Part shown: positions 11,842 through 25,079 of the stretch, in pieces
Position numbering within the stretch: position 1 is the first letter of the stretch
Layout: every line of letters starts with the position of its first letter
DNA from: Nageia nagi
Taxonomy: Eukaryota; Plantae; Pinophyta
DNA length: 64,000 nucleotides
Direction of reading: 5' to 3'
Assembly: GCA_050084985.1 (NCBI GenBank)
Contig: JBITNC010000002.1
Span: forward strand, 31,434,001 to 31,498,000
Program-made: the position numbers and the translations under genes
Notes under the pieces: model-generated
Seen by the model: only the letters and a program-made list of their open reading frames with translations
Database searches by the model: none
What the model was told of the DNA's origin: nothing

Positions 11842-14800
11842 ATGGAAACCTCTTAATCATCTTCTACAATCAAAGTGGAACAAATCAACACTAACCTGCT
11901 CTATCTGTAAGAAGAATATCTTGAGAATGCTCTAAGAGTAAATTGGAATGAAATGGGAGTAATTAGTCACATGGATACATGGAGAACTGACCCTAGCTAT
12001 GTTCTTTTGAGGCTTAGTACACCTAAGGTGAGTGGAAAAGGAAAATCCCTTGCTCATTCAAGAAGGGATGTTATGATTAATCAAGGCTTGGCATATTATG
12101 TGCCCTATGATTCCTTCACCTACCCCAAGCTCTTGTACTCTCTTATGCATAGGCATCATCAAAAGGGGTACCAAATTGGTATGTTCAAGAGCACTGAAGA
12201 GGGAGATATGGCTGAGCTAGTGTTTGAAGTAGTGTTAGATTACTCTTTGATTCTATTATCCAAACATTTGTTATTTTAGCAGATTGGACATTTCATGTTA
12301 AAAAATAGATTGATTTGAAAAAAGAGAAATTTGATTTTTACATCAATTAAGATGAGATGCTGAGTTGGATTAATGGAAGATACTAGGATAGTAGAAAGGC
12401 AAAACTATTAACGAGCTACCAAATAGCTCTTTTTGAAAGGAAGAAAGAGAAGTGCTACATGCACTAGTAGTCATTTTGGGAAAGAAGACCCATATAGGAG
12501 ACGAAGCCATTGGCTTGTTTGATTTGCTCAAAAGCCCATGTTTGCTATGATTTCCTAGCTTTCATAACTAAAGAAATCAAGAGATGTTTATTCAAAATAG
12601 AAAAATCAAATTTTATATATTCTTTCTATCTCTGGTGGCTTTTTGTCCATCAAAATTTAAACAAACTTATAGAGGCAAGCCTCCTAATTAAGCCAACTAG
12701 TTCCAGTGTTGTGATGATGCTAATTGACTTGATGGTGCTAGTTTTAACCAAGTTGCATGAATCCTACTATGAGTTTATGGATAAGTTCTATGCAACTGTA
12801 GTGAAAATTTTTACTCAAAGACTCCCTAGTAGGCTGCATAAGAGCACAATGGGGGAGCTACAAGACAGGAATAAAATCAGTGACTAGTAGTTCTTAAGAG
12901 ATCGTACTATAATAATAAGGTATGGGTATTTTGAAAAACACTTCTTTTTGCCAAAGTATGTTACCCCCCAATTATATTCAATAGAAATGAGTCGGCATAT
13001 TTTTGCTATAGAAAGTAAATATAAGATTGGGGGCAATTTCAAGTCTATTATAAATATACCAGCATCTACAAAAAATTTCACTCTATTAGAGATAGGATGT
13101 ACAGATAGTATTACCCAATTCATTGTACAAAATTTCAAATTAGATAAGGTGGGAACTACATGGATGTATGTCCCATTAGGGGAAATGACTCAATTAATAA
13201 GGACTAGTAAGAAATGTCCAACATTCATCCATGACAATAGGCCCCATATTGAGTGTTTTGTAAATGAAATGGAGCAGGAGGTAGAATTATACCCAGATTA
13301 GGAATTTATACCTTTAAATAAAGCCTAGATGGCTCTAGAAGGAATAAGAAAGTATAAAAATTGAGATAATAAGAGGTAAAATTTTGTCCTCAACCCAAAG
13401 ATCCTCACCCAATTAGTATATCTTGGGTGGGGTCCTAATAAATTTTATTATTTCATAAAATTTAGATTTGAATACACCACAAAAATTCACCACATTGAAG
13501 GTGAATTATTTGAAAAATGCAAATACGATAAATATTAGGAGGTAGAATATTGTAAAGATTCTCTTCCAAAGTTGGGATAGCCTCTTCCTCCTCATTTTTG
13601 TAGGAAACCTACTACACAAGAAAAGATAGTGCAAGTGGATCAAACATCTGGCATGGCTTGAGTTCCAAAGAAGGGACAAGAAGATCCTTTTGATACCACC
13701 GCTTCTTCCCAAGAACCTTCTCCTAAGAAGAAAACAAAAATTCAAACTCTTTCTCAAAGAGAGAAGACATTAGAGAAGGATCAAAAGCCCATCAAAAAGC
13801 CCTGAATAGCTATAGCAAGGTCATAGCCATAAATGACTATACCTTCACATTCAAAGGCAATGGAAGAAGTTCCAAAGGTGTTCATACAAGAAGTAGAAAA
13901 TTTTGATCCTGAAGAGTTCAAAGATCCACATGATACAGAAGCTGATGGTGAAGACAAGCCTAGGAACAATAACAAGAAGAAACCTCGATAGAGGAACAGA
14001 GCTAAATTCAACAAGGGGGGGAAAGTGTACCTAAGGTCAAAAAGATAATAGTAGGGGCACCTGGAGGAGGATTGGATGATGAAGGAGATGATGATGAGTT
14101 TAAAAAGGAATTTAGCCCAATAGATAAGCCTAGCAAACAAGGTGAGGCAATGGAAGAAGATGAACTTGAACCAGAAGTCTAATAGTTACCTCCTCCCTGA
14201 CAATCCCAACCAATTCAACAAGCTGAGATACCTATTATAGGTGAAATTGTTTCCACTCATTCTTTTATCCCTATTACCTCAAAAGAGGAAATAAAATCTA
14301 TTTTTTCTACACAAATTGTAGATCCCATTGATTGGGCAACTTTTGTAAATAAATCTTCTATACTCCCTGAGCAATAGTCAAGAATTTTGAGCAAAGTGAT
14401 AGAAATGGGAGATGTGAAAATCACTCAGATGCCTTTCAAAGTAGGGCATCTGGAGCTAACTCCCATGGTTGTAATAAATGTTAATATGTAGAGTGCACTA
14501 GCTATTGATCAGTTTAAGTTTTTAGTGAACACTTCAATGGTATTTGGAAAGAGTCTTAAATCAATGGAGACTAAAATAGAAAAATTGAATAAGAAGATTG
14601 ATCAATATAAGAAGGACTACTTCCTTAAGGATAAGATAATAGCTAGGTTGTAGAACAAGAATAAAGATTTAATTATAAAGCTTAAAAAGCAAAAAATAGA
14701 ATTTGATAAGAGCAAGGTGATATCAAAATATGAGCTAGACACTGCGAACCAAGTAATAGAAGAATTCAAAGCTTAGGCTGTAGTTATGAATGCTCAAAAA

Positions 14801-15600
14801 ATAAAATAGATTGAGGATGAGATGTAGACAGTATATACAATAAATAAAGTTCTATCAAAAGATAATGTAAAGCTATTACTAGTGATGAAGAATTTCATAA
14901 AATCCTTGGTAGAACAATTTGATGATAGAATGATAACATTATCTCACTTGTATCTACTCAAGAAGAAAGCTATACATGCCATTAAAGAATTTTATGCTCA
15001 AAGCTAGCTCTAGATATACCCAAAAAGGTTTTAGAAAAGATGCAAGTTCGATTAAGGATAGTGATTAAAAAGGAGTTTGTCATAATCTCCTCCAAGCCTA
15101 AATAATCATATCAAAAAATAATCCAATAAATTCATGATCTATAGAGTTTAGCATTCAATATGGACATAAATAAACATTAGATCATAACAGAGTTGGGATT
15201 TGTTAATAAATTCTTTACTTCTTTAGTTGAAATAAAAGCTTCCAAAATATGGAAAGAATAGAATTTATAGGGTAATGCTACCAATTGGGTAGCCAATACC
15301 ATTCAATTTTTGGACCAATCTTTTTTTGAGACACAAATATCAGATCTATAGCAAATAAATGAGTTGGCTCAGGAATTCATTGTAAAGTTTTTACATGCTA
15401 AAAAGCTAAACAATGTCTTAGAAGGGTTTAGAGTAGATACTGAGAAGATTAAGGTATCTCTCATCCTCTCACAACCTAATTACAAATAATTGAGGGAACT
15501 AAATAAAAGGATTCAAGCATTCCTCCCTATAGACATGATGGTAGCAATTGAGACTGCAACCAGTTCCACTTCTAGGCAAGCTACTGGGAGCAGCAACTGA
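11842..15600 (+). pseudogene. Extra 3' ORF of element C (~1200 codons, decayed): N-terminal globular region, acidic/Pro-rich linker, C-terminal coiled coil
   Basis: ATG at 11842 is in frame with ORF 11953-12279. ORFs 12510-12887 and 12948-13301 continue on the same strand. E/D-rich segment at ~13850-14180, K/E heptad-rich segment at ~14550-15520, terminal TGA at 15598-15600 just before the 3' LTR. Confidence 0.7.
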
Positions 15601-15639
15601 TGAGTTCTTTTCTCTAACAAGCGAAGACCCCTAAGAGCT

Positions 15640-17587
15640 ACCAAAATATTGTATGCCTCCAAAATAACACTAAAACTTTAAGTAATTCTACTATTCTTCA
15701 TTCTTTATTATTCCATTCTTTAGGACTCAAGAGTTGTGTATATAAGAGTACCTAGGGGGAACACTATTCTTTTAGAGCCTTCATGACTTGTAAGATTTTT
15801 GTAAAAATTATTTCCCTATTCTCTTTTTCTTAGACTCTTGATAGTAATTTTTAGTAAATAAAGTCACCTACAAGTTTTATCATTCTTTAGTACCTAGTAG
15901 CTATGTATATAAGAGTACCTGAGAGTTATGTCAATAAGCCTTGTGTCAATTTTGTGTTCTTTTATTCTTTAGTAACTAGGAGTTGAGAATCCCCATGAAT
16001 CATGTCATATTCTCCAAGTATACTCAATAATTCATGAATATAAAAGTTTTCAAAGTCATATTTATTACCTTAGAATCTTTAGGAATTATTGGCACAAATG
16101 TTCGAAACTTGTACATATTTAGAGTTCCATTTTTGAAGAATATCAATAGTGCTTGAAGATTTTGAAAGATGATGCCATAATTTTTAATCAAAATCAGTGG
16201 GTCCTAAAATAAGGAATGATGGGTGAATACTTTTGAATAATATCAATAGAGCCTGATGATTTCATAGGGTGGCATCACATTTTTGTGAAAATCAGCAAGT
16301 CTTAAAAGAACTAGATCATCAATAATGCTTGGGGATTTTGAAGGATAATGTCATAAATTTTGGCTAAAATTAGTGGGTCCTAGAAGAACCAAATCATCAA
16401 TAGTGCTTAGGGATTTTGAAAGATGATGTCAAAATTTTTGGCTAAAATCAACGGGTCCTAAAAGAACCAAATCATCAACAGAGCTTGAAAGAAGAATATA
16501 GAGCTTGCCAAGCAAGCAAAAAGTAGTACATGAGAAACAACACCCGATTCCACTTCATATTAAGTATTTGATAATCAAGGCCTTGTTAATGTATCGATGC
16601 CAACTCATTTCCATATAACAGTGGTAATTCTTCTTGATTCAAGTGAACATAATAACTACCAACCATCATTACTCTAATTTCTGACATCAACAATAGATCA
16701 TAAAGATTGTATAGAAGCAAATAGAGGCTAATAAAGCATACAACCAAATCATACCAATCAATGTGCAATCAAATAAATACTCAATTAGCTATAGTGCTAC
16801 CTTTAATTAGCAATAATGTTATATTTAATCAACTATAGGTTCAAGGAAAGAGCAATCAACAACATGTTAGAAAGATTGCAGCTCTATGGACATGGTTGAC
16901 CAAAAGTTACAAATCCCCAGATAGTTCATATAGTTGATGTTGATTAGTACTTTTTCACTATATAATCTAGCACAATTATAACATCTATGTAAATATTGTT
17001 GTTGTAGTTGTTTCATTCAATGCTAGTAGTAATGTACATTAATGAGATTCAACCACCCAAAGAAGGGGGGAGTTGTATAAATAGCTTATTTTTAGAAATT
17101 AAGAAGGTTGAACACTTTAACAAATTTTTCCTAATATATAAAAGCAATTCACATATGATAATGCAAATAGATAATGCTTTGACATCTTGCAACAAAGTGG
17201 TTGTTATTACTTTTGTGAATATTATGTGTGGAATGTCTTCTTCAAATTGTGGTTGTGTATTATGATTGCAAGACCCTAAGTGCAAGATAGTTTGCTATTC
17301 TTAATATTGGCTATGGATTACTGAATATGCTATGATGCTCAATTTGTAAATTTCCTATTTTAGTTATTTATTTACTTCTTTCTTTCTTATAACTCTTTAC
17401 CTTTTTATTCTTTTCCTGTTACTTTTGACCTTAAATAGAGATAGGAATTGGCCTATAAAGTGAAGATTGATTAGAAAACCAACATGAGTGCATCCCCTCC
17501 ACCTTCTGCTCTTTCAAAGAATCTACCATTGTGAAAAGTGGAGAACATGACCAAACCAAACCCTTGAGGTTATGCTATTCCGATCAA
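15640..17587 (+). repeat. 3' LTR of element C (last ~15 bp missing)
   Basis: Colinear with the 5' LTR up to ...ttatgctattccgatcaat, then switches into element A's coiled-coil ORF. Confidence 0.85.
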
Positions 17588-17589
17588 TT

Positions 17590-18714
17590 GAGCTTTTTCC
17601 AACAATTGAGACAAACAAACATTATTTTTTTTAGAACCATGACCATTTATTATAATTGAGAATTTCTCCTAACAACTTCATTGGATTCCTACTTGATATT
17701 ATGAAGTCTCTCTTGATACTAAAATTCCCTTTCCATTTAGCTTTTTTGCAATTTTTTATATTCTTCTTTGGAAGTTGTTGCCTATGTTGTAGCTATAAGT
17801 AATGACTGTTCCAATTGTTTGATTTGTTTAAAATATGCCACCTTCAAATTTTCATTTTCTTGGTGAATATTTTGCAACTTTCCTTCTTTGTGTAGTAACA
17901 TATTCTTGAGCATAACAATTTATACTTTCATGCTTTTAATATCACCTTTGGCTTTTCTTGCTTCAGATTTACCTTCTTCAAAAGCGATTACTAGTTTAGT
18001 AATTTCCTCCTTTACATGTATAGTATTAAATTTTGCCAATCAATTATGTTACACCAATTAGCTTTACCTTTTCTTTCATGCTGCATTGGATATTTTAACT
18101 TCCAAATGTATCTTTTTAGCTTTCTACTTAGCCTCCCCAACATCAACTCTAGTATTATCTAGAAGGGCCTAATACTTTGCCTTTGCATCTTTTAATGCCT
18201 TTTGAGTGAGCTTGATCAACTTATCTTTGTGATCAATTCTTTGCTAGATTTGTGATATGGTTGAATTATAGTTAGAATGATCCTTATGAAGAAATCCAAT
18301 TTCTTCTTCCTTTTATTGAAGAGTGGTTTCAAATTTTACCTTTAACTATTTCTCTTTTTGTTATAGTAATATCATAGCCTCTTTCAATGCTACTTGGACT
18401 AGTTCATATTTCCTTTTCCATTCGACACTCTCCTCTACTTTTTCCATCAAAGCTCCATCTATATCATAATACCTCACCTTTAATTCTTCATACTCACTTT
18501 CCAAACTACTTAAGCTTTTCCTTGCCTCCATGAGATATTTCTTCATGTTTGTAAGTTCATTACAAATAGTTTTTACCTCTTCTTGCTCCTATGTGTATTT
18601 CCCTTAGTCTGATGGAATAGTTCTTTCTTCATTTTGAACTATATTAGAAAGTTCCCTCCACCTTCTCAAAAATGCCTTGAAGTTATCCATATCTTTGGAA
18701 ACATTTGACCCCAT
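17590..18714 (-). pseudogene. Decayed coiled-coil ORF of element A beginning MGSNVSK
   Basis: ATG at 18714 is in frame with ORF 18361-18546: MGSNVSKDMDNFKAFLRRWRELSNIVQNEE...MKKYLMEARKSLSSLESEYEELK...QRIDHKDKLIKLTQKALKDAK. Interrupting stops are TAG/TAA, compatible with CAG/CAA deamination. Confidence 0.65.
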
Positions 18715-19837
18715 TTTGCTAATTTAAAATTTCCTTTTAAGCCTCCATGATGGAATTAGATGAATAATAGAAATGGAAAGTAACTATAATGTAATTAACC
18801 CTTAAAACTAACCTCAAAATATCAATGTCCTTCTTCTTATGCTCCTAGAATGCAATAGAATATCTAAAAACTCCTTCAATGCTCCAATGTCTATCCTCCA
18901 ATGGCCAACAAATGTCAAATAGTCCTCAAAATTGACCTCAAAATGCTACTTTCACCTCTAGATAGCTTTGAAATGAAACTAACTCCATGAAAATGCTATC
19001 AGTGTGCCAACATTTGGCCCAAAATGAACCTGAGATGCAAATTGAATTTCAAAATTCCTCCAATGTACCAACATCCACCTAGAAATTACCCCAAAATGTA
19101 ATAGAAGTATCAAAATGATCCCAACTGGCTAATTTTCTCCTTCAAGTGGCTTCAAAATGCATAAGTAGCCTATAAAAAGCACTCAATTCACCAATGTATG
19201 CCTTCCAAAGAGCTCAAAATGTAGAGTTAAGCTCAAAAATACCCTCAGTGATGCAATGTCAAGCCTTTAGTCACCCAAAAATGCAACATCTAGCCTCAAA
19301 TGATCTTGAAATGTAGCTTTAGGCATAAAAACTCTCTAAAAATACCAACATATGAATTTTGGTGGTCCTAAAATGGAACTTTAGGCACTAAAATGACCTT
19401 AGAATACCAATGTCCTCTCTATAGGATCCTCAAAATGTTAAATAGGCTACAAAATAGCTCCAAAAACACTAAAGTATAGCCCCATATGGGCTTAGACTCT
19501 CAAAATGATCCTTATTCCTCCCTCAAACTCAAAAGTAAATTTAGAATGAACTTCAACTTGAAATAAAAGATGTAAATTTGAAAGTGTACCTTTTCAAGTT
19601 GATGGGACTTCCTCAAAGCTTTAGAATTCAAAATTAGGGCCACGAGATGCATGACTTTCCAAAAGGATGAGATAGGGCTCCAAGATCTCTAATAACTTGC
19701 TCCAAGCATTCAAATCTTCCAAAAATCCTTCAAAATGATCATTGTGATGCTAGGTAAACTTCACTCTTCAATAGGACAACAAAACTCTCCACAAATAATG
19801 CTATGATCTGACATAATATCCCAATGATTCTTATATA

Positions 19838-21536
19838 ACTCCTTCAAACCTACCCTAGGAGAGGGACATTTGGCTTATAGCTTTTGAAATGGTCAAAATA
19901 AGCTCAAACATGCATCAAATATCCAACAACTTACTAAGAATGAAAGATATAGAGTAAACTTGCAAAAAGTACCTTCACACCCAACTTCTAGATATGATGA
20001 GCAATTATGAAATATATACAAGCAAACATCTCCAATATACTAATGACTTGAGTAGGAGACAAAATGATACTTAAATAGTGAAAAAATGTTCTACAAATCC
20101 AACATTCTAGTTGGAAATCCCAAATATATATTAAGCAATGAAAAGGCACTCCATATTCAACATTGCAACTAGGAAGCAAAAATAGCAATTTGATAATAGA
20201 AAGATACTTCCAAATCTAATGTCTAAGCATAGAGAGACAAATAGCAATATTTCGATGATAGAAAGTAATTGTATTGATAAAGCATAATTAAAATATTTTT
20301 CTCAACGTACAAATTTTGTACTAGGACTATCTCCTACAGGGTTATTTTGGATAGCTCCAATGCCTCACTAATCCCAAAAATAGTGAGGCAATACTAGGTC
20401 TCTTTATAGCAATTATGATGGAACCAACAACATTACTCTCAAGATGGTTAAAGTAAGTTCGAAGGTAGCATCCTATCCCCTTGATAACTCAAATGCAGGT
20501 CACCCTACAATTGGCTAAGATAGAGTCTCCACTCAATTCGAAATAAATGGTTAATAATCAAATTCATCATATCTCATAATGGATATGACTCCTCCTTTTA
20601 TAGTTGATGGTGATTATCTTCTAATCTTGCATTAAGATGATCCGATGATGGAGAGATAATAATTGTATGCTCATGTATACAATTTCCAAGATGAGGAGCC
20701 TTGGGATAAATGAAATCACATCCAAGGGTTAGAAATACCAACGTCTAAGAGAGGGTGATAACAAAGCACCTCTTGATCAGTTCCATTGATCCATGTCCCT
20801 AGGAAGGCCAACATGGGATTTTGGGATGCTACCATGCCCCACACCTATGCTTTAGGGTTGTCTACTTACCTCAAGATTGCCAACACCTAGTTCAAAGTGT
20901 CATCCATCCTTGAAGCACCAAATGACCTCATAGTCAGTGCAATCACCTAGGGGATGCTTTGCCTTGAAGAGGGAAGCACCAATGATTAAAAATACATTTA
21001 ATGCCAATAATACAATCATGAAGGCTAAAATATGCAACACCTCATTTAGAGAGACTAATATTGCATTTACAATTAATAATTGCCTTGGTATTAATTATAC
21101 AACATTATTGGCATAATTAATAATCAAATTATTTCTATCATGCTAAAGTAGGCTCAACATCCCATAATTGGAGCAATTAACTAGTCTCCAAGTGGAACTT
21201 ACAATAAAGGGCTTATTACAATGAAATGCTCTTAACTAAATATAATCATTACACATTCTTAAAGAAAGGACATGAACTTTTTAGGAGTAAATTGGAAAGA
21301 GAATTCTAGATTTTCATGTGTGCATGCAATATGAGTAGACTGGTCTAATAGGTGAACTTCAAAGTGACATAACTTCCTTGTTTCTTGATCAAAATAGGTT
21401 ATGTAACCTATCAAAATCATTGGTATGAGGTAATACTTCCATTTCTAGTGTTGAAACATCCATTTTTGGCTTGTAGAAGATACAATCTTCTCAAAATAAA
21501 AAAATGAATGAAACCTTAAAAATTGGGGACATTAGA
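19838..21536 (-). repeat. 5' LTR of element A (inner ~20 bp and PBS deleted)
   Basis: Colinear with 734-2551. Comparison with element B (37500-37800) shows ~250 bp, including the PBS, missing at the junction. Confidence 0.85.
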
Positions 21537-21985
21537 AGAAGTTAGAAAAAAAGAACTTGAAAATATCCTCACCAAGATAGTAGCATTACATAGAAAGGAT
21601 TTGGTGCATCACCTATCTCAGGTTATATAGGCTTACAAAATTACATGAAAAAATAATATATGACTCACCTTATGTGAACTTGTCTATGGGAAAAAGGCAA
21701 TGATCCCCATCAAGTTCAAAATTCACACTCTATGAATAGTATTCCAGCTTGGTATGGAACTAATGGAGGCACAAAAATAACATATTAATCAACTTCACTC
21801 AAATGAAATATAGCTCTAGGCCCTTCAATATTTGGAGATGATAGTGAACCAATAAAAATAATGGCAATACCACTTCTTTAGGGATAAACAATTTCAACCC
21901 AATGATTGTGTGCTTTTTTATTCATGCCACATGGATTTTAAAGAGAAGCTTTAGAATCACTGGTTGGGTCCTTATGAGGATGATA
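21537..21985 (+). pseudogene. Integrase C-terminal remnant of an older Gypsy (non-chromovirus, Athila/Tat-like)
   Basis: (HV)EVRKKELENILTKIVALHRKDL..LSQVI*AYKIT...ELVYGKKAMIPIKF...FQPND.VL...HWLGPYE. The preceding codons (cat gta gaa g) lie at 724-733 on the other side of element A. Confidence 0.8.
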
Positions 21986-22707
21986 TAGTATTGATAATAG
22001 ACTAAACCTAAAAAATCAACACAAAATTATTCAAATCACCTATAAGATAATAAGAAATCTAAGCCACACATTAGAGATTGACCTAACATTTCTAAAAAGA
22101 TAAAGATTAAAAAAATTGTATTATTATTTAGGAAGGTCTAAGTCATAGGCACCCAATTCATAAGTTCTTATGATGGATACAACATATTAGATCCAAATAA
22201 TCAAAACATAATAAACCAAAATCATCTAAATACCTAGAACTTTTTTATTTACCACTTATTCATAAAGACATAAGGATCTCAAGGGATATAAAATGTTCCT
22301 TAATAGCAGTATCATCATATGCAATCAAAATTTAATTTATTTCAAACTAGTTGGTGATATGTACAAGATTTGAGTCACCACTATGTTTTGTCTCACGCAT
22401 GTGTGGTTTGATGTACAAACAAGTGCATTTGAAGAGTGAGTACATAGCCATGAAGGTTAGGGTGTATCCACACCACCATTTTAAGGGCTTTTGAATGATG
22501 CTTAATGTATTTGCTTTAGTGTATCATCAATTGGAAATGAGAGGTATCAATCATTAGGATAACAATGGAACTATGATTTGAACTTCAAATGTAAAACTTG
22601 AGGAAATAATGATGCATTGGAGGGTATTTATGATCTCAATTCATTCAAAACTCAAGATAACTAAACCTAATAATGCAACACAACACACATTGAAAAGTTA
22701 GTGTAGT

Positions 22708-23835
22708 TAGGATGAGCCGTTCTAGGGTTCACTCCTAAAATGTTTCCTAGCAGAGGGATGTTTGGTTTCAAGTTTCCAAACTAGTCCAAACAACTAAAAA
22801 AAGCACCAATATTCCAATGACTAGCTAGGGATGAAAATTTTAGCAATAATAATCCAAAAACCTCACATAAACCCAACATCTAGCTAGAGAGCAAAATATG
22901 ATTCCAAACTTGAAAAAAATACCTTCAAGTGCCAAATGTTACAAATAGGAATCAAAAATAGGTCTTCCACTATGAAAATGCACTTCTAGATCCAATGTCA
23001 TACTTAGGGAGCAAAATGTGATTTTAAGCAATGCAAAAACTAGTCCATAATCCAACATCCAAGCATAGAGAGATAAACAACAAGATTTCATCAACATAAT
23101 GTAATTGCATAGATAAAGAAATGGTAGAAGTGCAATTTCAATATTTTTTCCAACCTAAGGCTTTTGTACCAAGACTATCTCCAATAGGGTTATTTCGAAT
23201 GGCTCCAGGACCTCAACAATCCTAGAAGTAGTGAGACAAGACCAAGTCTCCTATGTAACAACTGATGAAATCACATCATAAGGGATATAAATTCTAACAT
23301 ATAAAAGGGGTGATGTTGGAGCATTTAGTGATCAGTGCCATTAGTCCATGTGCCTAGGAAGGCCAACGTGGGATCTTGGGATGCTCTCATGCCCAACATC
23401 AATGGTTTAGGGTCATCCACTTGCCTTGAGATTGTTAAAGCCTAGTTTGGAGTGCCACATCCATCCTTGGAGCTCCAAATGACCTCATAGTCAATGCAAT
23501 CACCTAGGGGGATACTCTACCTCGTAGAGGGGAGCACTAATGACTAGAGATACATTTAATAATGATTAAAATATGCAATGCCTCATTTAATGAGACTAAT
23601 ATTGCATTTACAATTATAATTACCTTGGTATCACAAATACAACCTTTATTGGTATTTTGGAAAATAACAAAATAAAGGCCCATTTATTCCATAATTAGAG
23701 CTTAACTAAGTCTTTAAGAGGAATTTACAATATTTTGGCCAAATTCTAATAAAATAGAAAAAAATACTCCAAAATTAATGTTCCCATTTATCAAAGGTTA
23801 AATGGGGAAAATACCTAAAAAATGGGGATATTACA
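22708..23835 (-). repeat. 3' LTR of element B
   Basis: Colinear with 37763-39049 (with an internal deletion); ends GGGGATATTACA. Confidence 0.8.
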
Positions 23836-23849
23836 AGTCCACCCTCTCT

Positions 23850-24460
23850 AAATTGCTTGTCCCAAAGCAATTCGAAACATCCACAGCTACAACAAGGTCC
23901 ACTCAATTCTTCTATTTTTCTTTGTCATCATAGGTCCAAAGATCAATAACTTTTATCTTTCTCTTTTTGGTTATCCCTAGTTGACTTCTTTTAAAATCTT
24001 CAAGTATGTAGGTAAATGTCTCTTTGGAGGTTCTTCCCATGTCCCTCTATTTCATGAAGATGTCGGGATGTTCCTAATTTGTTTATTCTAGTTGTAGACC
24101 TTTCCATTTAACATGTACCTCATTAGCAAGTTGGTTCCTAAGTTATTTCTTCTAGGCATCCAATACTTTTTAAAGAATCTACACTAAGTTCCCCTCGCTA
24201 TCAATTGGGCATAATTTTGTCAAAGGCTAGATATTTGGTTCCAAGGATTCCCTTAAACATGATTCATGGGATACACTATTCATCTTAGTGTCAAGATGTA
24301 ATTGAAGCTCATAGTGATTCTTTCTTGTAATCTTCAAGATTTCAAAGGGTCCATAGTCGTACATGGTATTCTTTTCTATCCTCTATCGATTGTTGGGTAA
24401 CATCATGTATGGTTGCATGCTAACGTACATATGCTCTCCTATCTTAAATTATCTCCCCTT
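23850..24460 (-). pseudogene. Integrase C-terminal GPY/F motif + chromodomain-like remnant of element B
   Basis: FKIGEHMYVSMQPY...YDYGPFEILKI...YELQL...MNSVSHESCLR, followed by a VKWKGL-like segment and the ttgctttgggacaagcaattt terminal motif typical of chromoviruses. Confidence 0.7.
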
Positions 24461-24947
24461 AACTGATAGCATAGAGTATCTTGATGATTCCTCTTTTCCA
24501 TTTCATGTATGTTAAGGTGTTGATATACTCTTACTTCTATTTTCTTCCTCATAAGTGTCAAATGGAAAATTTGTGGGTTGGTTTGGCTCCTCATTATGAT
24601 GACTTAGGCCTTCTTTATAACTTGTTGGTGTCTCCTTCACTTGGTAGGGAGATGCTTCATGTGTACCTTGGGGAGCCTTCTTGTTAGAAAAAATTTTAAG
24701 GGATGAATAGATGAACCAAGGCTATAATTTGAGATTTTTAATTTTTGATTTGGTTAGTATAGTGCATAGTGGATCCCATATTAGAGCCAAAATTTTATAA
24801 AAATATTTAAATTATTGACCCATGTAACTAACCTTTCAACATGATTTCAAATATATTAACCCTTTTTTCTAAACTTCATTTAGCTCATTTGCCTTGGAAT
24901 TATAAAAATAAAAAATAATCCCATCTAAATAGCTACTTATAGGTTAC

Positions 24948-24974
24948 TATATATATATATATATATATATATAT
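24948..24974. repeat. (TA)13 microsatellite
   Basis: Perfect TA run read directly. Confidence 0.95.
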
Positions 24975-25079
24975 CAAACTACCCTATCCAAATGATATCA
25001 TCTCATCATAGAGGAAGTAGTTATTACCTAACAACATTCAATTTGCGCTCTTTTTGTGATATTGAGATCTAATATATCA

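Larger units (their letters stand above)
3215..17587 (+). mobile_element. Ty3/Gypsy Tat-clade LTR retrotransposon C (gag-PR-aRH-RT-RH-INT + extra 3' ORF), decayed
   Basis: ~1.9-kb direct repeats at ~3215-5140 and ~15640-17587, a PBS after the first repeat, and all pol domains recognisable by translation. Outer termini are eroded and no TSD was found. Confidence 0.9.
734..21536 (-). mobile_element. LTR retrotransposon A (Gypsy/chromovirus-type cis elements, apparently non-autonomous), containing nested element C
   Basis: Two ~1.7-1.8 kb direct repeats (734-2551 and ~19838-21536). 5-bp TSD AGAAG at 729-733 and 21537-21541. Decayed termini TAtgat (TGtgat in the B copy) and gacattaGA/gacattaCA. 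A PPT-like tract and the ttgcttggggtcaagcaatt end-of-pol motif lie next to 2552. Confidence 0.85.

Noticed and set aside
13506-14140. Minus-strand ORFs of 83 and 119 aa
   Set aside because: Antisense shadows of the purine-rich acidic region of element C's extra ORF.
15586-15604. gggagcagcaac-TGATG as PPT plus start of element C's 3' LTR
   Set aside because: The TGA also serves as the stop of the extra ORF and the 5' LTR gives no matching start, so the boundary is left approximate.
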